44,633 nt of DNA from a virus (taxonomy: Duplodnaviria; Caudoviricetes). The translations under genes and the position numbers were made by a program. Below are positions 34,326 through 43,608 of the stretch, one piece after another. Within the stretch, counting starts at the first letter, position 1; every line of letters starts with the position of its first letter. The notes beneath the pieces were generated by a model. That model did no database searches. It was not told where the DNA came from and worked only from the letters and a program-made list of their open reading frames with translations. Where the stretch lies: IMG/VR virus record IMGVR_UViG_3300033145_001514, positions 1 to 44,633 of that record; one strand, written 5' to 3'.

Positions 34326-34476
34326 TTTTAACCTCAAAATTAGAAACCTCTCGCATCGCAGTTCGTATGCCTTCTGCTAAAGAAGTGCATCCTTGCTTTC
34401 GCCGCCACTCATCAAATTTTTCCCAGAGTTCTTTCGAGGCGCTTATTTGCATAATTCTGATTTCAGGTTCAGCCAT
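34312..34476 (-). CDS. Ribbon-helix-helix (Arc/CopG-like) regulator, first gene of the early operon (54 aa)
   Basis: Below cutoff; SD AGGAG; MAEPEIRIMQISASKELWEKFDEWRRKQGCTSLAEGIRTAMREVSNFEVKNEEA. Confidence 0.7.
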   Translation of the reverse strand: MAEPEIRIMQISASKELWEKFDEWRRKQGCTSLAEGIRTAMREVSNFEVKNEEA

Positions 34477-34517
34477 TTGGATTATCTCCTAAATACTTGC
34501 ATATTTTCAATAAGATT

Positions 34518-34546
34518 ATCATATAGTATTTTATCGGAGATGTCGA
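34518..34546 (-). promoter_or_regulatory. Sigma-70 promoter of the early operon
   Basis: TCGACA-17 bp-TATGAT. Confidence 0.6.
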
Positions 34547-34628
34547 GAGAAATCTTTAATAAATTTACACTTTTTTACAAAATCTCCTCTTCCGGCCTGA
34601 AAATGCGCATTTCTGGCAAAGATTTTTC

Positions 34629-34657
34629 TTGACTTCTTAACAGAAAACAAGTAAAAT
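34629..34657 (+). promoter_or_regulatory. Sigma-70 promoter of the prepilin gene
   Basis: TTGACT-17 bp-TAAAAT, then SD AAAGGA and ATG 34690. Confidence 0.75.
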
Positions 34658-34689
34658 AATAAAAATTGAACTTTTTGAAAGGAAACAAA

Positions 34690-35604
34690 ATGAACACAAT
34701 GAAAGAACAAACCAAGAAAAAGGCGGCATTTACAATTGTGGAGCTGCTAACGGTTATGAGCATTATTATAATTCTGATAGGCCTGCTTGTTCCGGCCTTG
34801 AACAGGGTGAGGCGCTACACCAGAAGGGTGAGGCAAAAAGCCCAGTTCCATAGTATCGAAGTTGCGATGGAGCTTTTTGCGACCGACTTCGATGACTTTC
34901 CAAGCTCGAATGCGAAAGACGAAAACGGCGACGACTACTGCGGAGCAACAAAACTTTGTGAGGCGATGATGGGTCAGGATTTGCTTGGTTTTCATCCTTA
35001 TTCACATTTCAATAGTGATGATGGCGTTGGTGCTGATGAGCTGTATCCTGATAATCCCCCTGACCCACCGGACGCTGCGTATCTTGCTAACTTGCGACTC
35101 CGAGAAGGGCCATATTTGCAACTCGAAAGTGCTAATACATACAAACTTAAAAATCTATATGGGTCAGGAAAGACAGGGCTGTTGGACGAGGATAGATTTG
35201 TTTTGTGCGATGCCTACAGATGTGTAACGCCCAGAACTGCTGGGGTAGGTGATACGGGGCTTGGCAGTAAAACCGGTATGCCCATACTTTACTACAGGGC
35301 AGATACATCCAAAACCAACCATAATGTTGATACCCCAACAGACCCCAGAAACATTTACAATTACAGGGATAATGAGGAATTGGTGAAACTTGGTCTGCCG
35401 TGGGAACAATCACCAGGCATTTACCATCCACTCTATAAGGATGAAATGCTGACATCGGATTGGGAAAGATTTTATGTAGATACAAAGAACGACAAGATTA
35501 CCACGACGAGCAGGCCTTATAGAGTAGATTCTTATATCCTACTCTCTGCGGGCTTTGATGGTCAATATGGCACTTCTGATGATGTGTTTAATTTCGGAGA
35601 TTAA
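34690..35604 (+). CDS. Type IV prepilin / GspG-like pseudopilin (Planctomycetota-type)
   Basis: Class III signal KKKAA|FTIVELLTVMSIIIILIGLLVPAL with Glu+5; GMPILYY; C-terminal SYILLSAGFDGQYGTSDDVFN like the GspG C-terminal motif. Confidence 0.9.
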   Translation: MNTMKEQTKKKAAFTIVELLTVMSIIIILIGLLVPALNRVRRYTRRVRQKAQFHSIEVAMELFATDFDDFPSSNAKDENGDDYCGATKLCEAMMGQDLLGFHPYSHFNSDDGVGADELYPDNPPDPPDAAYLANLRLREGPYLQLESANTYKLKNLYGSGKTGLLDEDRFVLCDAYRCVTPRTAGVGDTGLGSKTGMPILYYRADTSKTNHNVDTPTDPRNIYNYRDNEELVKLGLPWEQSPGIYHPLYKDEMLTSDWERFYVDTKNDKITTTSRPYRVDSYILLSAGFDGQYGTSDDVFNFGD

Positions 35605-35610
35605 GACATC

Positions 35611-35648
35611 AAAAAACAACCCGCCCAAAATCCGTTTTAGACGGGCTG
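35611..35648 (-). terminator. Intrinsic terminator ending the late operon
   Basis: Minus strand CAGCCCGTCTAAAA-CGGA-TTTTGGGCGGGTTG-TTTTTT (G-U pairs fix the orientation). Confidence 0.7.
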
Positions 35649-35717
35649 CCTGAAAGGAGGAGAGAAAATGAAAGCAAATTATAGCGTTCTTATAGCGTTC
35701 TTACGGCAGCTTTACTT

Positions 35718-36038
35718 TCAATCCTCGTCTGCAAAAAGATGAACCAGAAGGAAAAACACAAGCAAAGGCAAGGCTGCTTGCATACCTGCGATAAAACCAA
35801 ACTGCTCAAAGAACATTGCAAAGGTATAAACCGCAAGACCGGCGAGGATGGGATAGTCAATCTTCTTCGGCCATAAGCCCTGTATCCACTGGCTAATCGT
35901 TTGTTTGTTTGTCCGCCATAGATGCAAATCAATACAACCCACACAAAGCAAGACACAATAAGCCCAACCTGTTTCGGCCAACCACGTCAGAACAAGGGCT
36001 GCGACAAGCAGTCCTGCACCTGTTTTTTGTAGTTTCAT
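35718..36038 (-). CDS. Multi-TM membrane protein (holin candidate)
   Basis: Four hydrophobic segments; last gene of the late operon. Confidence 0.5.
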   Translation of the reverse strand: MKLQKTGAGLLVAALVLTWLAETGWAYCVLLCVGCIDLHLWRTNKQTISQWIQGLWPKKIDYPILAGLAVYTFAMFFEQFGFIAGMQAALPLLVFFLLVHLFADED

Positions 36039-36040
36039 AT

Positions 36041-36403
36041 TTATTTCCTTTTTCTCCAAGCCAAAAATATACCTTTATGCTTAACGAACAAACTTGCGAC
36101 CGCCGCAAGCAGACCTGTTCCCAAAGCAATGAACATAACTAACGCAAACCATTTTTCGTAGTGCATACAAACCGTAGTGAGGCATACAGTAGTTGCGATA
36201 CCAATTATTGCGGCGATATAAATCTTCATCGAGTTCCAGCAGGCAAGGAACACTACCGCTCCAATGCCTACAAGACCCAGCGTCCGGACAAAGCCCAGTC
36301 CGCCATCAGCTTGTTGAGGGGCGGGCGGTATAGACGAAATGCCTTTCGTGGCAGCACAACCAACCAGCACAAAAACAACCAAAAGTAGTAGTAAGTATCT
36401 CAT
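36041..36403 (-). CDS. Lipoprotein with three C-terminal TM segments (lysis/spanin-like candidate)
   Basis: MRYLLLLLVVFVLVG|C lipobox, short Pro-rich linker, TMs, basic tail. Confidence 0.55.
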   Translation of the reverse strand: MRYLLLLLVVFVLVGCAATKGISSIPPAPQQADGGLGFVRTLGLVGIGAVVFLACWNSMKIYIAAIIGIATTVCLTTVCMHYEKWFALVMFIALGTGLLAAVASLFVKHKGIFLAWRKRK

Positions 36404-36414
36404 TATTTGGTCTC

Positions 36415-39400
36415 CTATTGAGATTTTAATAATAATTCCATCTGTTCATCTTTTTCCCGCCCCTTCGGGACATAGAAGCGTTGGAATTTCCTTATATCGC
36501 CCGCACGATACTTTTCTTCGAGCAATCGCCTCGTCGCCCTTTTCTCCGCCCACTCACGCTGAAGGTCGGGGTTGTAAAAACGTGGCTTCTGGCCAAGCAT
36601 AAAGTGCGATGCCTTAATCGGCCACGGCTGGCCTCTTTTGCTTATCATAGCGGCACTCGACCACGCCCTCGCCGCTGGTGTCTGCCGGATACCCCAGGCA
36701 AGTTCAGGCCTCATCTTATAATAAGACGGTTTGCCCTCACGGGCAATTTCTTTAACACCAGCAACTCTTTCTATTGCCTTGCCGACATAGGGTAATTTAG
36801 TCGCCCCACCCAAAAAGTAGGGAGCATAGCCGGTTTCCGATATTGGCTTGTCGTAGAAGATGTCTCTTCCGGTAATAAACTCTGCCGGTGTTCTTATCAT
36901 TGGCGCAACCTTGCCGAACTGCCTTGCAGCTATACGCCTTGCCCTTTCCCAAACACTATAACCAGGTCCCGCAAAAGAGCCGAACGCCTCTTCGAACGGC
37001 ATACCCATACCGGCAATTCTTACCTCCTCGCCTTCTTTTGGCTTGATAAATGGGATTGCAAGTGGTCGGCTAACTATCTGCTCACGCCACCAATCGGGGT
37101 ATTCCCTTTCGGGGCCGAGCATCTCCGGCGTTCCGCCAGCCACGTGCGACCAGAACGCCTGCTTGCCCGGCTGCTGAAGTAAGGTTTTGGCTTGGAGAGC
37201 TATGTTTTTGCGTGCGAAAGTGTAGAAGAAAATACCTCTATCTCTGAAGTATTTTTTCTCTATGCGGCTCAAATCGCCGTAATCAAACAAGACATTTTTA
37301 GCACTTCTGGCTGCGTCTTGAAAGTTAAACCCGCTTTCAAGTTTTTCGATAAAGTGTGCTAATCGGGCGTTGTCCTCGATGGCAATTCCAGCTGCCATCC
37401 CCTTCTGGCGAATTATACCTTGTCCCTTGAAATGCCTTGCAAAAAGACCTTTTGTGCCCTTGATTGTCGCCTTGCCGATTTCTTCCGGCTCCATAAAACC
37501 AACAGATTTGCCCAGAATACCCCACTCTCGTGCGTGGCGCATCAAGTCGTCAGGCGATAAAACGAGACCATTTGGCAAGCGCAAAGGAACACCTCTGTTC
37601 ATTTGAAGGGCAAGCGCCTTCATATAGCTTCTGGGATTTTTAACGCCACCTATCCAGTTAAGGACAAAGTTGGAAAACATATTACGGGTGTGATAAGCAG
37701 GCCAAGGCATTGTAAAAGCACCCTTATAATATCTCTGAACACCTGTCCAACCAGCCCAGAAACCACGCAGGGCTTCATCGCTCGTAGCGAGATTGTGAAC
37801 CTCTAACAGGGCGGTTTTAACCTCATTCGGCAGGAGCCGTTTTGCGTAAGCTAATTCTTTAGGAATTACGCCAGTATGCTGAAATACGTCCCCTGCACTG
37901 CTGTATCCCTTCGCCCGCCAGAAATCAATGTCCGGCCTACCGAATTTCTTGACTGCCTCATTTATCGTATCGGCGGCACCGATAGACCTCGTTGATTTCA
38001 TCGCACGAACAAGAGTTGCCCCCGCCATTGATGGCTCGAAAACCGCCTTGCCAGTATAGCCCAATTTTCTAAAATAAGTAAGAGCTTCAGTATCGGTCAT
38101 ACCGCCTATGATTTTATTTCTCATTCTCTGCGCTGCATTACGAGCGGACAGGTCTCTGGCAAAATTAGCAACAATAGAACGATGCTTGTGCGACTCCATC
38201 CAAGCCCTAAATTCCGGTGTTATATTTCGTGGGGTATATCCGATGGGATACATTATTCTTTTAGCGGGAGCGCCCGCTTTGATTTCTCTTCTCGTCAACT
38301 CCCTTGTGATTTTGTGGTATTCGGGTGCTAATTTACCAACGGCTTCCGCTTGCTTTGGCGGCATTGCGGCAAGCATTTCTTTTGCCTCTATACCCCTCTT
38401 TTCTACGGCGGCTTGAACTTTTTGGAGTTTGGCAACAGGAACACGACCTTCGGCGGTGCGCTTTAACCCTTTGCCATAAACATTTTCCCAGTAGTCGATA
38501 TTCTTTTGTATTCTCTGAAGTTGTTTATTCAACTCTCCTTTCGCCCCAGCGACTTTAGATTTGGCCGCTTTTGTTTTTACTTTTTCCGCTTGTTTGGTAA
38601 GCGTTGCTATTCGCCTGTTAATGACTTTTGCCTTCGCCTCTAATTTTTTGACCTCTCTTGCCACTCTCGGCCCCCGCTTGGCAACGAACATTTTGGCAAA
38701 TCTTTCTCCACCCTCTCCGGCGTAAGCCCTCTGGATATAAGAACGAACTAATTTGTCCATATCCTCGGCAGAACGACCAGCTTTAGCACCGCCCTCGAAA
38801 AGCTCCTTGATTTTCTTGAAGTATTCCTGTTGTTTTACAAAGGGCAGGTCTCTGCCGAAGTGGGTGGCAAGGTCGTGTAGTTCTTTATACTTGGTAGGAA
38901 CTCTGCGGGTGGGGGCAAGGAATACTTTGCCGACTTTGCCCATCTTGAGAGCCGTGCCAGCCCTTTCAATACCAGCCAGGGCTTTCTCGCCCTTAATTAA
39001 GGGTTTGCCTGCAAATTTAAGCAGCGCCCTCTGGCCAGTCGCCGCCTGTTCCGCCCACGTCTTGGCAAGAGTTGGCCTAAACCCCTTACCATAAACAAGT
39101 TGGAACGATTTGGCTAATTTGCCCCTGTCTGTGACGGCTTTTCCCGCCTTGGCCGAGCGAACCATACCCTGTAAGAACTTTAAGGCCTCCGGTGAACCTT
39201 TAGCACCCTTCCAAACTGACTGGACAAGGCGGGCGGCTTTTCCCGTCTTTGTCAAACCGCCTATACCTGTGAGCCATATCGGGTCGGCGACAACCTCGAC
39301 CATAAAACCAAGAACATCAACGGGGTCGATTTTGCCTTTTCTCTGCTTTTGCTTGCCAAAGAATTTCTCGATAACCTCTATACCGGTTACGAGTTCTTCT

Positions 39401-39669
39401 TTATTAAGCGCAATGTCCAAACCGGTAAGGTTTTCTATGGATTGAGCAAAAGGAATGAGACCTTTTAATCCGCCTAATTTACCTACCAAGAGCGCACGGG
39501 TAGCGTTACCAGGCCGGTCGAGTATATCAAGGAGCTTGTGGAAAAAGCCGATATTCTTCTTCGGCAATTCCACCCCTAAAAGCTCTTTAGCGGCCAAGTC
39601 CTTAACGGGTGCAGAAACAGGTTTGTTCTGCGACCTATTGCGGTAATATAGCTCCAAGGCAGAAGGCAC
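36415..39669 (-). CDS. Large internal virion / DNA ejection protein
   Basis: 1084 aa, very basic; PAYHTRN...N, ARLAHF, FDY.DLS..EK, F..F motifs of podoviral large ejection proteins; GTG start with SD AAGGAG. Confidence 0.65.
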   Translation of the reverse strand: MPSALELYYRNRSQNKPVSAPVKDLAAKELLGVELPKKNIGFFHKLLDILDRPGNATRALLVGKLGGLKGLIPFAQSIENLTGLDIALNKEELVTGIEVIEKFFGKQKQRKGKIDPVDVLGFMVEVVADPIWLTGIGGLTKTGKAARLVQSVWKGAKGSPEALKFLQGMVRSAKAGKAVTDRGKLAKSFQLVYGKGFRPTLAKTWAEQAATGQRALLKFAGKPLIKGEKALAGIERAGTALKMGKVGKVFLAPTRRVPTKYKELHDLATHFGRDLPFVKQQEYFKKIKELFEGGAKAGRSAEDMDKLVRSYIQRAYAGEGGERFAKMFVAKRGPRVAREVKKLEAKAKVINRRIATLTKQAEKVKTKAAKSKVAGAKGELNKQLQRIQKNIDYWENVYGKGLKRTAEGRVPVAKLQKVQAAVEKRGIEAKEMLAAMPPKQAEAVGKLAPEYHKITRELTRREIKAGAPAKRIMYPIGYTPRNITPEFRAWMESHKHRSIVANFARDLSARNAAQRMRNKIIGGMTDTEALTYFRKLGYTGKAVFEPSMAGATLVRAMKSTRSIGAADTINEAVKKFGRPDIDFWRAKGYSSAGDVFQHTGVIPKELAYAKRLLPNEVKTALLEVHNLATSDEALRGFWAGWTGVQRYYKGAFTMPWPAYHTRNMFSNFVLNWIGGVKNPRSYMKALALQMNRGVPLRLPNGLVLSPDDLMRHAREWGILGKSVGFMEPEEIGKATIKGTKGLFARHFKGQGIIRQKGMAAGIAIEDNARLAHFIEKLESGFNFQDAARSAKNVLFDYGDLSRIEKKYFRDRGIFFYTFARKNIALQAKTLLQQPGKQAFWSHVAGGTPEMLGPEREYPDWWREQIVSRPLAIPFIKPKEGEEVRIAGMGMPFEEAFGSFAGPGYSVWERARRIAARQFGKVAPMIRTPAEFITGRDIFYDKPISETGYAPYFLGGATKLPYVGKAIERVAGVKEIAREGKPSYYKMRPELAWGIRQTPAARAWSSAAMISKRGQPWPIKASHFMLGQKPRFYNPDLQREWAEKRATRRLLEEKYRAGDIRKFQRFYVPKGREKDEQMELLLKSQ

Positions 39670-39686
39670 TTTTTCTCCTTTCTTAA

Positions 39687-40889
39687 TTATAAATTCCCAG
39701 CGCCGACGGCATTACCCTTGAGTAATTCCTTTAACTGAAACGCTATTTTCTGAACTTTAGTTTCGGGTGGTTCGGGAATACCTGACATTGCAGCGTTAAG
39801 CCATTTAAGCCCTCTTGTATAACCAAGCAATCTTTGCAATCTTTCATCTCTTGACAACGCTATCTTAACGGCTTCTTTTGTATCTTCATCTGGAATTGAG
39901 GCCAAAACCTCGCTAATTTGGTTGAACACATCTTGGGCATTTGCCACATCTATATCAAGGTCAGCAGTCCACATCCCCCGCCCTTCCCCTATTGTGCTTG
40001 CCACGTTCAGAATGTCGGCAAGGGACATCACAATCATACTTGCTTCTTGCTGCCTTTGAAGTCGTTGCTCTACGGGGCTTACAAGTGTTCCACCACCAAT
40101 CAATCCCGCTCGCTGACCTTGTTCTTCACCAATCGGTATTGTTTGCCCAGCAATCGGCGCCTGTTGGTTGCGCTCACGAGCCATATTATAGAGTTGCTGC
40201 ATCTGCATTAAGATACCACCTAACTGTGCTTGTGCCTCCGGTGTATCGATACCCCTTAATACTTCTGCTTGTCCTTGAAGCTGCTCTATCTGAAATGCCT
40301 CTTGGTCTGTAAAGCCCGCTTGCTGCATTTCCTTCTGGCGCTGGAGTTCGTAAGCCGCTTGCTCTGCTTCCGTTTCAGCAGTTCCCGCCGCCGCTTCAGC
40401 CGTTCTTAATTCAGTTGGCTGACGTTGGCCTGCGAACTCTCTGGCTTGTGCTTCAGTTGCAGTTTGAGACTCCGTAAGCATTCGCTGCCGTGCCGTTTCT
40501 GCTTCCGCCGCTTTTATACCACCGTAGCCCCTTGCCTGCTCTAACTCGTATTTACCTTGTTCACGAGCGGGGCGGCCAGTTTGGACGGCCTGCTCTGCGA
40601 TGTCTGCGGCCTGTCCTGCCATAGGAGCGGTGAATTGCTCTCGATACTGGGCGGGGGTAGTAAATCCTTTCAATGCCTCGCCGTAAGTCGGTGCGGTTTG
40701 CAGATAATCCGGGCGCAGCATAGCACGCCTGGCAAGGATGTCGGGCGACTCACCTCTCTGGTATCGTGCAAAATCCATCACATCCAACCTTTTCTTGCGC
40801 CTTCGAGGCGATAGCATCTCTTTGAACAAAAAAGTTCCCCTACTTGCCGCATTCGGGTCAACAGTTTCTAATATATCTCTTCTTGCCAT
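39687..40889 (-). CDS. Internal virion / ejection protein (Ala/Gln/Glu helical)
   Basis: Composition and position; likely start ATG 40889 with SD GAGGA. Confidence 0.55.
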   Translation of the reverse strand: MARRDILETVDPNAASRGTFLFKEMLSPRRRKKRLDVMDFARYQRGESPDILARRAMLRPDYLQTAPTYGEALKGFTTPAQYREQFTAPMAGQAADIAEQAVQTGRPAREQGKYELEQARGYGGIKAAEAETARQRMLTESQTATEAQAREFAGQRQPTELRTAEAAAGTAETEAEQAAYELQRQKEMQQAGFTDQEAFQIEQLQGQAEVLRGIDTPEAQAQLGGILMQMQQLYNMARERNQQAPIAGQTIPIGEEQGQRAGLIGGGTLVSPVEQRLQRQQEASMIVMSLADILNVASTIGEGRGMWTADLDIDVANAQDVFNQISEVLASIPDEDTKEAVKIALSRDERLQRLLGYTRGLKWLNAAMSGIPEPPETKVQKIAFQLKELLKGNAVGAGNL

Positions 40890-40906
40890 ATTACTATTCC
40901 TCAATT

Positions 40907-41737
40907 TTAAGTTAATCTCCCGCCGATAAGTCGTTCCGACCGAGAAAGTTTCCTGGGCTTCTCGGCTTCTTTGCGTTTCGCTTTTCTCCAATCCAATCTT
41001 GCCCGTGCCTCGTTTATTGCACCTGCACTTGGTCTAAATGTCTTGCCGAATGTCGGGACTGTCTTACCGCCGAACCTACCATATTGCTTTGTCCTTCCCC
41101 AAGCAGAGGGCGGTCTATACCACTTGCCGGCAGACAAATCTATGGTAGAGCCGAATACCGGCAACCCTTGAACGTCTGTCGGCGTTTTGAAAACCGACTC
41201 CGGCCAGTGCGTAGCGGGATTAAGATAAGAAGCCCTCGTCCCCGCACCGGTTATGCCCATATTGTAAGCACTTTGCCTCTGCCAATCACTCGCAGGAATG
41301 TTCCTTTGTATGCCCGTCGGGCCGGAAAAAGCACCTTTGGGCATAACATAGCTCGTAGTCAACATATCAGAACGAGCAGGACTGGGTGTCCGTCCAAAGC
41401 CCATACCACCTGCCGGAATGTTCTGTTGCGGCGTTTGAAAATAAGAGCCATACTTTCTTAATCCCGCCATCTCCATAGGCATCTCTGGCTTTGCCATTGA
41501 CCTTGTAAGTATATTGCCCCTTCTGCGTAATGGCTGCTGGCTGAACCGCTCTTTTATAGTATCTATGATTTCTTCAGGACTAACGACCGGCGCCTGATAG
41601 TATTCACTGGGTCGATAGGACGTTGGGTAAAGGCCGTGAATGTTCCTTCTCTGCGGCAGAAACCTTTGCCTTGTCCTCGTAGGCCGCAAGCCCGCAATTG
41701 GGTCTTTGTGATAGTCGAGCCACGAACGTAATGCCAT
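40907..41737 (-). CDS. Basic, Pro/Gly/Arg-rich internal virion protein candidate
   Basis: SD AAGGAG; appears largely disordered; first of three ejection-type genes. Confidence 0.5.
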   Translation of the reverse strand: MALRSWLDYHKDPIAGLRPTRTRQRFLPQRRNIHGLYPTSYRPSEYYQAPVVSPEEIIDTIKERFSQQPLRRRGNILTRSMAKPEMPMEMAGLRKYGSYFQTPQQNIPAGGMGFGRTPSPARSDMLTTSYVMPKGAFSGPTGIQRNIPASDWQRQSAYNMGITGAGTRASYLNPATHWPESVFKTPTDVQGLPVFGSTIDLSAGKWYRPPSAWGRTKQYGRFGGKTVPTFGKTFRPSAGAINEARARLDWRKAKRKEAEKPRKLSRSERLIGGRLT

Positions 41738-41758
41738 TTCATTTACTCCTTATTCAAA

Positions 41759-42133
41759 CTACCATTTCCCTTCAGGACACTCTTCTGAAGCCAAAGCTGC
41801 CTTCGCCCATAGACTGCAACCGCATTTCGGACATCTTCTCTTACTTGTGCAATCTATGCAAATTAACCTTCGCCTAAAATACATTTCTTTTCCTACCGTC
41901 TTAAAGCCCTTCTTCGCCCATTTTGCCATTGCCTTTGCAAAATGAACAGCCATTTGAGATAAAGTCGGCGGTTGGATTATTTTCCTTGATGGTGTTATTA
42001 TCCTGCCTTTTTCTTTTACCCAAACACCGAACAGGCAGCACCAGATTTCCTTCTTGCTGATATGCTTGCATTTTTTGCATTCTTCTATCTGTTTTTTGGT
42101 AAATTCCGGTATCGTTTTTTTATTACAAGGCAT
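41759..42133 (-). CDS. Cys-rich protein
   Basis: CKKC, WCC, RRLICIDC...CPKCGC...CPEGKW. Confidence 0.65.
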   Translation of the reverse strand: MPCNKKTIPEFTKKQIEECKKCKHISKKEIWCCLFGVWVKEKGRIITPSRKIIQPPTLSQMAVHFAKAMAKWAKKGFKTVGKEMYFRRRLICIDCTSKRRCPKCGCSLWAKAALASEECPEGKW

Positions 42134-42804
42134 TAGATACAAGGAGTATGAACTTCCGCCTGACCTCCGTAACCAAGATATTCACCACCACCTCCGCCGC
42201 AACCATCTTTCGTCAACTCATTTGAGTATGTGCCACCAGGACAACCCCCATTGAGATGAGCACTTTGAAAATAGTAATCTGTTCCTTCCGTAGTCTGAAT
42301 AGAAACACCTTCTTCAGAAACCCCAGTGGCATATACGACAATCCCAACATTTGAACCCATCGCTGGAACTGAAACCCACCAAGAACAATTATACCCCCAA
42401 AGACCCTCTGACAATGAGTAGGGGCAAAAAACAGTTCCGTTCCAAGAAAACAAACTATCATCACTACAATCCCGAACCCCTGTAAATCTAACAGCAAGGT
42501 ATTTTAATGTTAAATCTGGAGCATAACATTCAGGGCAATTATCACAATAATCGCAATTACAATCCTCATACCAACCACAACAATCGTCTGGTATTACAAG
42601 CTGAAATTTTCCTGTTGTCCAATTTACACAACCGTAATAAATGTCATCACAATTCACCTCAGAAATTACAACTTTAACTTGTCCTGCGTGCTCGCCAGAT
42701 GTTTCTATACAACCAGTATAATCACCACTATCACACGCCTCGCCCTCAAAGGTTATTTCGCCGTTAGTTGAATTTACACAGCCATATATTGTCTTATTTG
42801 CCAT
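42133..42804 (-). CDS. Cys-rich acidic virion-module protein with three N-terminal repeats
   Basis: YGCVN / YTGCIE / YGCVN repeats, then DDCC...CNCDYCDNCPEC. Confidence 0.65.
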   Translation of the reverse strand: MANKTIYGCVNSTNGEITFEGEACDSGDYTGCIETSGEHAGQVKVVISEVNCDDIYYGCVNWTTGKFQLVIPDDCCGWYEDCNCDYCDNCPECYAPDLTLKYLAVRFTGVRDCSDDSLFSWNGTVFCPYSLSEGLWGYNCSWWVSVPAMGSNVGIVVYATGVSEEGVSIQTTEGTDYYFQSAHLNGGCPGGTYSNELTKDGCGGGGGEYLGYGGQAEVHTPCI

Positions 42805-43608
42805 TTATGCACAGACATCCAAAGGATAAAACGAAGGCCAGAATGTAGTGGTAAAATACCACTTGCCTTTTATATTTACTGCTATTAACACATCATTATC
42901 CGCAATTCGTGGTGTGGCCGCATCTAAATTAACACCTCCACAGATATTAGCATATACTTCTATCCCCGAACCGAGGCCGGAAGTTATCTCGGCATCATCC
43001 TCATCAAACAGATTACAGGTTATGTGGTCGGAGGCAGGTGCCGCTTCAGTTGTTATCACCTTTCTAACAGAAGGAACCAGTGGTATTCCAATCCAACGAA
43101 CATCTGCAACATTGTCAAGCACTCTCCAAGCAAATATCTTATCACTATAAGCGAGGGCACGAGCGTAGGTGGGGTTAACGTGGTTCTCCAACAAGTTCAA
43201 AACTTCCAAACTTGGGCCAGAAAAACTTGTAAGTTTAGGGTCTCCAGAAGTATCACTCCACTCACTCGCATCAAGCTCTCCACTGTTACAATTATAAACT
43301 CCATCGCCCGTAGCTGCCGATATAACCTTATAAACACTCCACCGAAAGGATGATGGGCAGATGACTTCGCCAGGGTCGCCCTTATCACCTTTCTCACCAT
43401 CCGCACCCGCCGCCCCTGGCGCACCTTCAGCCCCTGCCTGTCCTGCCTTGCCCGCAATACCGACATTGCCCATTTCTTCCTGTATCATCTGCCTTATCTT
43501 GCGCATCAGGGCGTCATCTTCAATTTCCTCTTCCGGCTTGGCGATAGCGGCGGCGGAGACGCTAACCGCAATCTCTCCAGTTGGCTCTTTTTGTGGTTTT
43601 TGTGCCAT
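42805..43608 (-). CDS. Collagen-repeat-containing tail/fibre protein
   Basis: Gly-X-Y run GNVGIAGKAGQAGAEGAPGAAGADGEKGDKGDPGE; TAATG-coupled start 43608. Confidence 0.7.
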   Translation of the reverse strand: MAQKPQKEPTGEIAVSVSAAAIAKPEEEIEDDALMRKIRQMIQEEMGNVGIAGKAGQAGAEGAPGAAGADGEKGDKGDPGEVICPSSFRWSVYKVISAATGDGVYNCNSGELDASEWSDTSGDPKLTSFSGPSLEVLNLLENHVNPTYARALAYSDKIFAWRVLDNVADVRWIGIPLVPSVRKVITTEAAPASDHITCNLFDEDDAEITSGLGSGIEVYANICGGVNLDAATPRIADNDVLIAVNIKGKWYFTTTFWPSFYPLDVCA

